DNA of 64,000 nt from Candidatus Fimihabitans intestinipullorum (GTDB taxonomy: Bacteria > Bacillota_I > Bacilli_A > RF39 > UBA660), in the NCBI GenBank assembly GCA_018714965.1, contig DVML01000022.1:1065-65064 (forward strand), given 5' to 3'. How positions within the stretch are numbered: position 1 is the first letter of the stretch; the number at the start of each line of letters is the position of its first letter. The position numbers were made by a program, and so were the translations under genes. Shown here in pieces: positions 43,012-51,811 of this stretch. The notes beneath the pieces are model-generated. The model saw only the letters and a list, made by a program, of their open reading frames with translations. It was not told where the DNA came from and made no database searches.

Positions 43012-43707
43012 CTATAAGCTAACCGGTATATCGAGTTCTTTTCCGTTATTTAAAACAATCTTCCCCTTTGATTTCATTTTGATGTACTTTCTGTTTATGA
43101 TTAACGATCTACCATATGGCTCAAAATTACTATTTAATTGTTTATTTATATCCTTTATCGATTGATAGATTGGTGCTTTTCCATGAGCGATATGTACTGA
43201 GCAATATTTTTGATTCTTTTCTTTTTCTATATATAATATTTCATCCAATTGTAATGTATATGTAATCCCTTTCGATTTGAATTGTAATACACTATTTTCT
43301 TGAATAATATTTAACGCTTTTGAGAGAGAACGATATAGGTTCTCTTTTAATCTGTCGAACTTGTCAATATACGTTAAGCACATAATATCATCTCCGATAA
43401 TAGTGCTTTTATACTCTTCGTGGCCAGTCAAAAAAATGATTATGCTGTTGTAGTCATAATCACGTATATCGCGTGCGAGATCTATTCCAGAATCATATCC
43501 AACATGAATATCCAAAAGGAATATTTTTCTTTTATTATTTTTTATTAAATCGTATATCTTGGAGTTAACTGATGTGAATTTATATATTTTATAATCAATA
43601 TCATTATGCATCATGTATTTATCAATAAGATCACACTCTTTGTTTAAAAAATATAGTTCATCTTCCACTACAACTAACTCAACAACCGATGAGCTTATAT
43701 TTTCCAT
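43012..43707 (-). CDS. Orphan LytTR-family response regulator (receiver plus LytTR DNA-binding domain)
   Basis: 231 aa. Receiver motifs VVVEDE, FLLDIHV (phospho-acceptor Asp), IIFLTGH, YIDK. C-terminal LytTR pattern LDEILYIEKEKNQKYCSVHIA...FEPYGRSLIINRKYI. Confidence 0.75.
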   Translation of the reverse strand: MENISSSVVELVVVEDELYFLNKECDLIDKYMMHNDIDYKIYKFTSVNSKIYDLIKNNKRKIFLLDIHVGYDSGIDLARDIRDYDYNSIIIFLTGHEEYKSTIIGDDIMCLTYIDKFDRLKENLYRSLSKALNIIQENSVLQFKSKGITYTLQLDEILYIEKEKNQKYCSVHIAHGKAPIYQSIKDINKQLNSNFEPYGRSLIINRKYIKMKSKGKIVLNNGKELDIPVSL

Positions 43708-43729
43708 TATTTTCCAACTCCCTATTTAC

Positions 43730-43766
43730 ATTATAACATTTTGGAGTTTGGTTTTCCACTGGAAAA
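43730..43766 (-). promoter_or_regulatory. Extended -10 (aTGtTATAAT) and operator palindrome upstream of the LytTR gene
   Basis: ATTATAACAT at 43730-43739; TTTTCCAcTGGAAAA at 43752-43766. Confidence 0.5.
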
Positions 43767-43800
43767 AATTCCCAATTTATAAGTGTACTAATTAAGAATA

Positions 43801-43992
43801 TCCACCGGGATTTTGATAAGCGACTTCGGATATCGTACGAACGTTTTTAAATGTTAAGCAATTAGAAATGCCTCTATTTACAACGACGTTACCAACCATT
43901 AGCATACCAAGATCGCCTTCACCCACTGCTTCTGCACGCATTAATCTCGCGAGTAAATCGCGTTCTTTGCTAGTTGCTTTTATAATTGCCAC
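43801..43992 (-). pseudogene. cwlJ: 5' fragment of the cwlJ-type cell wall hydrolase
   Basis: GTG at 43992, 6 nt after AGGTG. (M)AIIKATSKERDLLARLMRAEAVGEGDLGMLMVGNVVVNRGISNCLTFKNVRTISEVAYQNPGG, then the phage-derived YS* (stop at 43792). Collinear with the N-terminus of B. subtilis CwlJ as I recall it. Confidence 0.8.
43802..43806. other. att core, right junction
   Basis: gtactaattaagaatatCCACCgggattttgataagc: phage sequence to the left, host sequence to the right. Confidence 0.6.
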
Positions 43993-44095
43993 ATATATCA
44001 CCTAGTTTATTATATGGGAAAAAGATGGATGGTTTCGTAAATTTGACAAAAACTTTGTATTTGCATAGAATAATGGTACTAATGGAGATGGTATT

Positions 44096-44827
44096 ATGAT
44101 TAAAAGATTAGATGTAAAAAAAGTAGGATTAGGTTTGTTTTTGGGAGTCAGTTTATGTATTAGCGGATGTGGTTCGAAAGGTGATGAAGCAAAGATATCA
44201 CAGTCAAATGCGAGCGAGAATACACAAGAGGTAGATGATCAAGTAAGTCAAAAATCTCAAGAAGATACACTAACTCCGCAAGAGCAACAACAACTCTTAT
44301 CAGGAGAAACTAATATTCAAACAGAATCAGATGTAGCTACCTATTACGAAAGTGTCAAAAACACGTTGCAAGAATATATTAATAAAGAAAATGCTCAAAA
44401 AGCATTACAGGCAGGTGAAGACGTGTTAAAAAAAGGTGCTAAATTTTTAGTTGGTACAGAACCAATCGGTGGTTATTATATTAGTGATTTGTCAGAAGAG
44501 ACGAAAGAACGTTTTATCAACACTTTTGATACCATTGATTCTATGGTGGAACAAAAATTCCCAAATTATAAAGAACGAGTGTCTAATGCGACTTCTCAGT
44601 TGATTGACAAGGGAAAAGAAAAAGCAAATGAATTTAAAGATTATGCACGTAGAAAATTAGAGGAAAATTTGACGGAAGAACAATTGCAATCATTAGATGA
44701 TGCTGTCGAAAAAGGAAAAACGACCTATTCAGAAGCGAAAGATTATGTTACAGAAAAGGGAAGCCAGTTTTCTGACTGGTTGAAAGAGAAAAAAGACGAT
44801 GTAAAGCAGAAAATAATAGAATGGTAA
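44096..44827 (+). CDS. Lipoprotein, function unknown
   Basis: Signal peptide with lipobox LCISGC; Gln/Glu-rich helical body. Confidence 0.6.
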   Translation: MIKRLDVKKVGLGLFLGVSLCISGCGSKGDEAKISQSNASENTQEVDDQVSQKSQEDTLTPQEQQQLLSGETNIQTESDVATYYESVKNTLQEYINKENAQKALQAGEDVLKKGAKFLVGTEPIGGYYISDLSEETKERFINTFDTIDSMVEQKFPNYKERVSNATSQLIDKGKEKANEFKDYARRKLEENLTEEQLQSLDDAVEKGKTTYSEAKDYVTEKGSQFSDWLKEKKDDVKQKIIEW

Positions 44828-44878
44828 AGAGAACTGTTCAAAAGATAAAAACTATAGTATAATAAAAATAGAAAATAG

Positions 44879-45082
44879 ATGTTAAAGGAGTATCAGAGTG
44901 TGAAGAAAAAAAGGCGAGCATTGATAGGTATCGTAATTGGAATTTTGATGGTCCTTTTAGGTATCTTTTTACTAAATGACTATAGTTTTCCGTTGATAGG
45001 AATGGCGCTAGTGATTATAGCTCTTTCTCTCAGAAGTTTTGCAATTACAACAGATTTATTTCGTATCGATAAAAAACCTTAA
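44879..45082 (+). CDS. Small two-TM membrane protein
   Basis: The start could instead be the GTG at 44900 (RBS AAGGAG). Confidence 0.4.
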   Translation: MLKEYQSVKKKRRALIGIVIGILMVLLGIFLLNDYSFPLIGMALVIIALSLRSFAITTDLFRIDKKP

Positions 45083-45145
45083 TATAGGTTTTTTTGCATC
45101 TTTTTTATAATATGTTATAATAGCTAGTACGAAAGAAGGGATATT

Positions 45146-45703
45146 ATGGTTTGTCCAAATTGTCAGCAGCAGATTAACGTTGATGATATCGTTTGTCCTT
45201 ATTGCGGGTTAAAGTTAAAATTAACTAAAAGACAAAATGACTGGGTGGCAACTGTTACACCAAGATTTGAATTTGTTTATGAACTTGTTCCGACAATTCA
45301 AGGTATATTAATTTTCATTATGACATGGATTGTGGGAAACTTGGTATGTGAATATTTTGATTATCCTATACAATATGTTATATATGCTATGATGTTCTTG
45401 TTCCTTGTATACATTGCTGGAATCGTTTTTCGATTTTTTCATCGTAAAGCGATGAAATATGAGATTTACGAAGATAGCGTCCTTTTTATCGATAATTTTT
45501 TACAACATCGTGAATACAAATTGGAATATGAAAATGTTATGGATGTAGAGCATTCCCAGACGTTTTTGCAACGGATTTTCCATATTGGGACGATTCGAAT
45601 TTATGCAGATCGGTCAATATGTAAGGGATTAGCGCTGTATTCTATTCCAAATAGTCAAACTTTATATAAAAATTTGAAAACATTAATTAAAAATGCAAAA
45701 TAA
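45146..45703 (+). CDS. Zinc-ribbon plus membrane plus bacterial PH (bPH_2/YdbS-like) domain protein
   Basis: CPNCQQ...CPYCG zinc ribbon; two TM segments; C-terminal PH-like segment. Confidence 0.5.
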   Translation: MVCPNCQQQINVDDIVCPYCGLKLKLTKRQNDWVATVTPRFEFVYELVPTIQGILIFIMTWIVGNLVCEYFDYPIQYVIYAMMFLFLVYIAGIVFRFFHRKAMKYEIYEDSVLFIDNFLQHREYKLEYENVMDVEHSQTFLQRIFHIGTIRIYADRSICKGLALYSIPNSQTLYKNLKTLIKNAK

Positions 45704-45725
45704 CATACGAAAGTATGTTTTTTTA

Positions 45726-45780
45726 TTGACTTTTTCAAGTTTATTGACATATAATGGAATATATGAGCGAATATTCATAT
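45726..45780 (+). promoter_or_regulatory. Promoter and ArsR-type operator of the metal-efflux operon
   Basis: TTGACT-18 nt-TATAAT (45726-45755), followed by the inverted repeat ATATGAgcgaatatTCATAT (45761-45780). Confidence 0.55.
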
Positions 45781-45794
45781 GAAAGGAGACTAAT

Positions 45795-46160
45795 ATGAGA
45801 GATAAATGTGAAGTAACACTCGTTCATCCAGAAGTTGTTCAAAGGGTGGAACGACAATTAGAGTCACGTGAAAAAATATACGGTTTGGCCATTTTTTTTA
45901 AAGCGTTTGCAGATGAGACAAGATTGCGAATTATGAACGCACTTTTATATGACACATTATGCGTATGTGATTTGGCACAATTATTAAATATGACGCAATC
46001 TGCAATTTCTCACCAATTACAATATTTACGTCAGATGAATTTTGTTGTGTCACAAAAAGTTGGAAAAGTTGTATATTACCGATTAGCAGATGATCATATT
46101 GAACAAATTATAAAAGTAGGATTAGAACACATAGAGGAAGGAGGAAAATATGAAAAATAA
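45795..46160 (+). CDS. ArsR/SmtB-family metalloregulator (CadC-like)
   Basis: ETRLRIMNALLYDTLCVCDLAQLLNMTQSAISHQLQYLR. Confidence 0.85.
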   Translation: MRDKCEVTLVHPEVVQRVERQLESREKIYGLAIFFKAFADETRLRIMNALLYDTLCVCDLAQLLNMTQSAISHQLQYLRQMNFVVSQKVGKVVYYRLADDHIEQIIKVGLEHIEEGGKYEK

Positions 46161-47970
46161 ACAATTGTTACGTATTTTGATCAGTGCTATATTTTTCGCT
46201 TTGGGATTCATTTTAGGTTCTTTTGATACGATCAGTTTTATTTGTTTTATTATTAGTTACTTGGTTATAGGATATGATATTTTATGGAAAGCTATAAAGA
46301 ATTGTTTTCATTTAGAATTGTTTGACGAAGCATTTTTGATGACGATCGCGACGATTGGAGCATTTTGCATTGGTGAATTTCCCGAAGGTGTAGCAGTTAT
46401 GTTATTTTTTCAAATTGGAGAATATATTCAGGATATTGCAATGAACCGTTCACGGAAATCGATTACACATTTGATGGAATTAAAAGTGGATATGGCAACT
46501 GTCGTTCGTGGTGGGAATGAGAAAAATGTCGCTGCTGAAGAAGTGAAAATAGACGAAGTTATCGTAGTAAGACCTGGTGAAAAAATACCGTTAGATGGTG
46601 TGGTTTTAGAAGGTAGTAGTAATTTGGATACGATGAGTTTAACTGGAGAATCAAAACCACTATCGGTTCGTGAAAATGATGTTGTATTAAGTGGTGGTAT
46701 CAATATGGATCGTTTATTAAAAATTAAAGTGACGAGTACATTTGAAAATTCGACAGTATCGAAAATTCTGAAAATGATGGAAGAAATTGATCAAAATAAA
46801 GCTACGACGGAAAAGTTTATTACACGTTTTTCAAAAGTTTATACGCCGATTGTTGTCATATTAGCTCTTTTCTTAGCAATCGTGCCATCTATTATAGTTG
46901 GAAATCCGAGTGAGTGGGTTTATCGAGCTTTGGTATTTTTAGTTATCTCATGTCCGTGTGCTCTTGTCTTATCTATTCCATTAGGATTCTTTTGTGGAAT
47001 AGGAAAATCTAGCAAATATGGAATTCTCGTTAAAAATAGTGAAGCGATGGAAAAAATTTCTAAAATTGATACCATTGTCTTTGATAAAACAGGTACTTTG
47101 ACAGAAGGAAAATTTAAAGTAAATCAGATACGTTCAGAATTTTTGAAAGAATCAGAATTGTTAAAGATTGCGGCTTATGCAGAATATTATTCAAATCATC
47201 CGATCGCTCTATCGATTAAACAAGTGTATCGTGATGAAATAGATGAATCACAAATTTCTGATTATCAAGAAGTACCAGGACAAGGGATTAAAGTAAAAAT
47301 TGGATCTGATGAGGTATTAGCTGGAAACGAGGAAATGTTGAAAAAAGCTAATCTTCCTATACCGGAAGAGGATGCGATCGGTACAATTGTATATTTTGTA
47401 ATCAATGGAAAGTATGTTGGAAATATTTTGATTTCAGATGAAATTAAAGAGGATAGTTATTCTTTGGTTGAAAAGTTAAAACAAGTAGGCGTACAACATT
47501 TTGCAGTGTTATCTGGAGATCATGAATCAATTGTATCTAGTGTTTGTAAAAAATTAGGAATCGCAGAATATCACAGTAGATTACTTCCGATCGATAAGGT
47601 GGAATATTTAAAGAAGTTAGAGAAAACGTCGAAAAATCCTGTTGCGTTTGTAGGAGATGGAATGAATGATGCTTTAGTTTTAGCGAGTGCAGATGTAGGA
47701 ATTTCTCTTGGTGGAATCGGAAGTGATGCAGCAATTGAAGCGAGTGATATGGTTTTAATGAATGATCGTATCTCTTTGATTGCAAAAGCAATTCAGATTT
47801 CAAAGAAAACGCAGAACATCATATGGCAAAATATCATTTTTGCAATTTCTATAAAAGTATTGGTTTTAATTCTGGGAAGTTTAGGTATTGCCAATATTTG
47901 GAGTGCAGTCTTCTCTGATGTAGGAGTTACTGTATTAGCTATTATGAATTCGATTCGCATTTTAAAATAA
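46150..47970 (+). CDS. Heavy-metal P1B-type ATPase (Cd/Zn/Co type), lacking an N-terminal HMA domain
   Basis: TGES, CPC (SCPCALV), DKTGTLT, GDGMNDA. Confidence 0.9.
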   Translation: MKNKQLLRILISAIFFALGFILGSFDTISFICFIISYLVIGYDILWKAIKNCFHLELFDEAFLMTIATIGAFCIGEFPEGVAVMLFFQIGEYIQDIAMNRSRKSITHLMELKVDMATVVRGGNEKNVAAEEVKIDEVIVVRPGEKIPLDGVVLEGSSNLDTMSLTGESKPLSVRENDVVLSGGINMDRLLKIKVTSTFENSTVSKILKMMEEIDQNKATTEKFITRFSKVYTPIVVILALFLAIVPSIIVGNPSEWVYRALVFLVISCPCALVLSIPLGFFCGIGKSSKYGILVKNSEAMEKISKIDTIVFDKTGTLTEGKFKVNQIRSEFLKESELLKIAAYAEYYSNHPIALSIKQVYRDEIDESQISDYQEVPGQGIKVKIGSDEVLAGNEEMLKKANLPIPEEDAIGTIVYFVINGKYVGNILISDEIKEDSYSLVEKLKQVGVQHFAVLSGDHESIVSSVCKKLGIAEYHSRLLPIDKVEYLKKLEKTSKNPVAFVGDGMNDALVLASADVGISLGGIGSDAAIEASDMVLMNDRISLIAKAIQISKKTQNIIWQNIIFAISIKVLVLILGSLGIANIWSAVFSDVGVTVLAIMNSIRILK

Positions 47971-48038
47971 AGAATATAGAAATATATTCTTTTTTTCATA
48001 TTTTGGGAGGTTGTACATAAGTTATTGTGAGGGGTTAT

Positions 48039-48890
48039 ATGGATTGTATTATTTTAATAATAAAAGGATTTGTCATTGGTATAGCTAAAATTATTCCAGG
48101 GGTGAGTGGAGCTTTGCTTGCCATTTCATTAGGATTATACGAAAAAGCAATGGATGCCCTCGCACACTTTTGGAAACATCCGAAACGATATTTACCTTTT
48201 TTGTTCTGCCTTGGATTCGGAATTATATTAGCGATTGTCTTTGGAAGTCATGCAATTAAATTTTTGCTCCACCATTGGTATTTACCGACGATGTTATTCT
48301 TTATTGGTTTGATGGCTGGTGGCTTTCCGTCTTTTTATCGAGCAATATCACATAAGGCATCACAAAAAAAATACATCTTTATCGTTGTATTATCTTTCTT
48401 ATTAGTGCTCTTTTTTTCATTTCAGTTTCGATATGTATCAGAAAAGACTTTAGAAAACGTCAGTTGGGGTTGGCTATTTTTCATGGGATTGTTGGAAATG
48501 GCTACGACGATTATTCCGGGAATTAGTGGTACGGCTATTTTTATGTTATTAGGTTCGTACTCTTTGATATTGGAATTGTTTTCTATGTTGAGTTCTCTAT
48601 CGTTAATGGGGCAGTATTTATCTCTTTATATTCCGTTTGGAGTCGGTATTATTTTGGGGTTATTTCTTGTTGCAAAAAGTATGGATTATTTATTCCGACA
48701 TCATTATTATGGAAGCCATTTTGCTATTTTAGGATTATCGCTTGGTTCTGTTATTACGTTATTTATTCAAACATTTCAAAGAAATTATTCTGTCATCGAA
48801 GTTTTACTATCGTTAGTGTTACTTGTTTTAGGCTATCGGATTGCACAATTTTTTCCGGAATCTAATCATAATGAAAATTTAGACTCATAA
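48039..48890 (+). CDS. DUF368-family membrane protein
   Basis: GFVIGIAKIIPGVSGALLAISLGLYEK and a second IIPGISGTAIFMLLG repeat. Confidence 0.7.
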   Translation: MDCIILIIKGFVIGIAKIIPGVSGALLAISLGLYEKAMDALAHFWKHPKRYLPFLFCLGFGIILAIVFGSHAIKFLLHHWYLPTMLFFIGLMAGGFPSFYRAISHKASQKKYIFIVVLSFLLVLFFSFQFRYVSEKTLENVSWGWLFFMGLLEMATTIIPGISGTAIFMLLGSYSLILELFSMLSSLSLMGQYLSLYIPFGVGIILGLFLVAKSMDYLFRHHYYGSHFAILGLSLGSVITLFIQTFQRNYSVIEVLLSLVLLVLGYRIAQFFPESNHNENLDS

Positions 48891-48910
48891 GATAAATTAG
48901 AGGTGATGAT

Positions 48911-49252
48911 ATGGAGAAGAAATTACCCAAAGTATATGCTAATAAAATTGACAAGGATGTTAAAAATAATAAGCGAGTATATTATTCTTCTTTTGACGAG
49001 AAAAAAGAGGATGTTCGCTCTGCTACTACGGTAGATATAAATCGACCAAACTTAGATGGTAAAACGGTTCCACAAAAATTATATGCAATTTTTCATGGAC
49101 CTAACTATGTCTATAAAGCAGATGTAACTTTGAGAATCAAAGGTAGAGACATAAATAAAAAAATTATAGGTTACAACGCCCAAAATATTATCACGGTCGA
49201 TAATGATGTGATTCCGATTGCAGATATTGAAGATATTTATTTTTCTTCATAA
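48911..49252 (+). CDS. Hypothetical protein
   Basis: 113 aa; RBS AGAGGTGATG. Confidence 0.5.
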   Translation: MEKKLPKVYANKIDKDVKNNKRVYYSSFDEKKEDVRSATTVDINRPNLDGKTVPQKLYAIFHGPNYVYKADVTLRIKGRDINKKIIGYNAQNIITVDNDVIPIADIEDIYFSS

Positions 49253-49278
49253 AAAAAGCAGAACTTCTGCTTTTTCTT

Positions 49279-49728
49279 TTAAATTCCTTCGACAAATGTA
49301 TCTTGAAGACAACGAATCACGCAACAGCAATTTAAATCCATTGTAAAGAAAGAATTTGTTGTGACGTATGGTGTGATTGCGGCTTGTGTTGTATCTGGAT
49401 TTGGAGCTAATACTCTGAATGTGGCGCAACATCCGTCTACTTTTTCTACTCTGAATACAGATGAACATGTTACTCCTGCTGTTCCGCACGGATCATCTGT
49501 CTTAGTTGTTGGCATTGACCATGCTACGCCGTTTCCACAGCATGTATATAGCATGATAGGACGGGTATTGCATCGTACTGTCGTTGTTCCACATCCTAAG
49601 AAGCCACGATCACATGTATCTAAACAAGTATTAGGACATTCTGCATTGTTTTGTAGAATGTTGATTACTGTTAAGATTTCTGAGATGCAGCAAGTATCGT
49701 CTTTTTGATTATTACACATATAATCCAC
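49279..49728 (-). CDS. CotY/CotZ-family Cys-rich spore coat/exosporium protein
   Basis: CCISEILTVINILQ, FRVEKVDGCCATFRVL, MDLNCCCVIRCL, collinear with CotZ motifs. Confidence 0.7.
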   Translation of the reverse strand: MDYMCNNQKDDTCCISEILTVINILQNNAECPNTCLDTCDRGFLGCGTTTVRCNTRPIMLYTCCGNGVAWSMPTTKTDDPCGTAGVTCSSVFRVEKVDGCCATFRVLAPNPDTTQAAITPYVTTNSFFTMDLNCCCVIRCLQDTFVEGI

Positions 49729-49817
49729 CCCTTCATATATTTTTCAATATACTATATGAAACGATTAAGATATTGGTGTGCACAAAAGCCCCGTATCGAC
49801 GAAGAAAGAGGTAAAAA

Positions 49818-50501
49818 ATGAAAAAACCATTAATTGGAATTATCGCACGATGTGAATTATCGGAAACGAAAATGAATTTGAATGTCGTTCACGAAGCTGA
49901 AAGAATAGCTATTTTGAAAAGTGGTGGGATTCCTATTCTGATTCTTCCTCCACAATCGGTTGAGTACAATAGCGAGGTTCCTCGAGAGATGAAACGTCTA
50001 AGCGAGGAAGAAAAGGAAATATTGCAAACTCAAATAGATATGTGTGATGGTATTTTAATGCCTGGTGGCGATAAGATGTATGAATATGATCGATATGTTA
50101 CAGAGTATGTAATACAAAGCAAAAAACCACTTTTGGGAATCTGTATGGGAATGCAATTGATGTGTACTTACAATAAAAAAATCACGCTAGAAGCGAATGC
50201 TTCTAAAATTTGCCATTTTAGTAAAAAGAAAAAAGCACATATCGTATACCTTAAAGAACATTCAAAATTGCGTTACCTTTGTAGAAAAGATCATTTTGCT
50301 GTAAATAGTAGACACCACAGACATGTAGTAGATGCAAACGGATTTCGTGTTGTGGCTCGTGCTGAGGATGGTGTGATAGAAGCGATAGAGGGGACGGAAG
50401 ATGTATTTCAACTAGGTGTACAGTGGCATCCAGAACTAGATTACGAACAGAGTGAGGAAAGTAGACAAATTTTCCTTGCTTTCATCAATAGTATGTTATA
50501 A
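49818..50501 (+). CDS. Class-I glutamine amidotransferase-like hydrolase (peptidase C26 / gamma-glutamyl-GABA hydrolase family)
   Basis: LLGICMGMQLM nucleophile elbow; VQWHPE. Confidence 0.75.
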   Translation: MKKPLIGIIARCELSETKMNLNVVHEAERIAILKSGGIPILILPPQSVEYNSEVPREMKRLSEEEKEILQTQIDMCDGILMPGGDKMYEYDRYVTEYVIQSKKPLLGICMGMQLMCTYNKKITLEANASKICHFSKKKKAHIVYLKEHSKLRYLCRKDHFAVNSRHHRHVVDANGFRVVARAEDGVIEAIEGTEDVFQLGVQWHPELDYEQSEESRQIFLAFINSML

Positions 50502-50525
50502 TAATTTAAGAAGGTTGGTGTAGAT

Positions 50526-51770
50526 ATGCGAGCAATTGTTTTATCAGGCGGTGGTGCTAAGGGGGCATATCAAATAGGAGTATGGAAGGCACTTAGAAAA
50601 CTAAATATACATTATGATATCGTAACAGGTACTAGTGTAGGTGCCTTGAATGGAGCATTTATGGTTCAGAGAGACTATTTGCACGCACTTTGGATGTGGT
50701 ATCACATTAATTTTGATATGATTACAGCGGAAAAAATGGATGTAAACTATAAGACTTTTTCTGGATTGAAAAAGATTATTAAATTATATGCAAAGGGAGT
50801 CTTAGATGGAGGTATCGATGTTACAAAGTTAGAACAGACAATGCAGCAATATATCAATTTGAATAAATTTTATCATTCTCCGATAAAATATGGTTTGGTA
50901 ACAGTGAATTTGACAACATTGAAACCAGTGGAATTAAAAAAAGAAGATATTCCGAAAGATAAGTTAAAAGACTATTTAATGGCAAGTGCAACTTGTTTTC
51001 CTGCTTTCAAAAAGAAAAAAATTGGTGATCAGGATTTCGTTGATGGGGGATATTATGACAATCTCCCGATTCATCTTGCTATCGAATTGGGAGCTACGGA
51101 AGTAATTGCAGTTGATTTGAAGGCAATCGGGGTAAAGAAGAAAGTGAAGGAGGACATTCCGATTACTTATATACGGCCTCGTACAGATATTGGATCTTTT
51201 TTGATATTTGATAAGGAGTTGTCACGACGCGCAATGCGATTAGGTTATTTAGATACATTAAAGACATTTCATAAATTAGAAGGAAATATTTTTACTTTTC
51301 GCAATGGAGAATTAGATAAGAATAAGAGAAAATACAAGGATATCATGATTCGTCGTATGAAAGAAATTTTCCATTTAGATACAGGTGGTACCATGAAGGA
51401 GCTATTTATGGTTTCTAAATACCGTGCTTTTTTCCAAGATACAAAAAGAGTTGGAAACGAGATGAATGAAATTTTGGAATATTTAGGACGTGCGTTTGAA
51501 CTAAGCGATACGAGAATTTATACACTGTCTTCATTTCAAAGAGAAATTAAGAAGAGAATGAAGTATTTAGAACCGTTTGAATTTTCACAACTGGAGGAAA
51601 AATGGAAAAATAAAAATTTGAAGAACATTCGATATTCTAAAACAATTTTGCAATACCTAGTTCAAAAAATAGAGCAGCAAGATAATAAGAATCATACAGA
51701 ATTTATGATGCTAGCAATGCTTTTTCCGAAAGATATGTTAGCTGCAATTTACATGACATTACTTTCATGA
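50526..51770 (+). CDS. Patatin-like phospholipase
   Basis: SGGGAKGAYQIG, GTSVGALNG, DGG. Confidence 0.8.
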   Translation: MRAIVLSGGGAKGAYQIGVWKALRKLNIHYDIVTGTSVGALNGAFMVQRDYLHALWMWYHINFDMITAEKMDVNYKTFSGLKKIIKLYAKGVLDGGIDVTKLEQTMQQYINLNKFYHSPIKYGLVTVNLTTLKPVELKKEDIPKDKLKDYLMASATCFPAFKKKKIGDQDFVDGGYYDNLPIHLAIELGATEVIAVDLKAIGVKKKVKEDIPITYIRPRTDIGSFLIFDKELSRRAMRLGYLDTLKTFHKLEGNIFTFRNGELDKNKRKYKDIMIRRMKEIFHLDTGGTMKELFMVSKYRAFFQDTKRVGNEMNEILEYLGRAFELSDTRIYTLSSFQREIKKRMKYLEPFEFSQLEEKWKNKNLKNIRYSKTILQYLVQKIEQQDNKNHTEFMMLAMLFPKDMLAAIYMTLLS

Positions 51771-51811
51771 TATAATTTCACTATCGATAATTTGTTTTAA
51801 GGAGGGATTAT

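Larger units (their letters stand above)
6690..43806. mobile_element. Prophage (about 37.1 kb) integrated in cwlJ by a large serine integrase
   Basis: Bounded by the two cwlJ fragments and a shared CCACC core (6690-6694 and 43802-43806). Contains integrase, immunity, replication, packaging, head, tail and lysis modules in canonical order. Confidence 0.9.

Noticed and set aside
51771-51811. A T-box leader upstream of trpS
   Set aside because: The intergenic space is only 41 nt, far too short for a T-box riboswitch.
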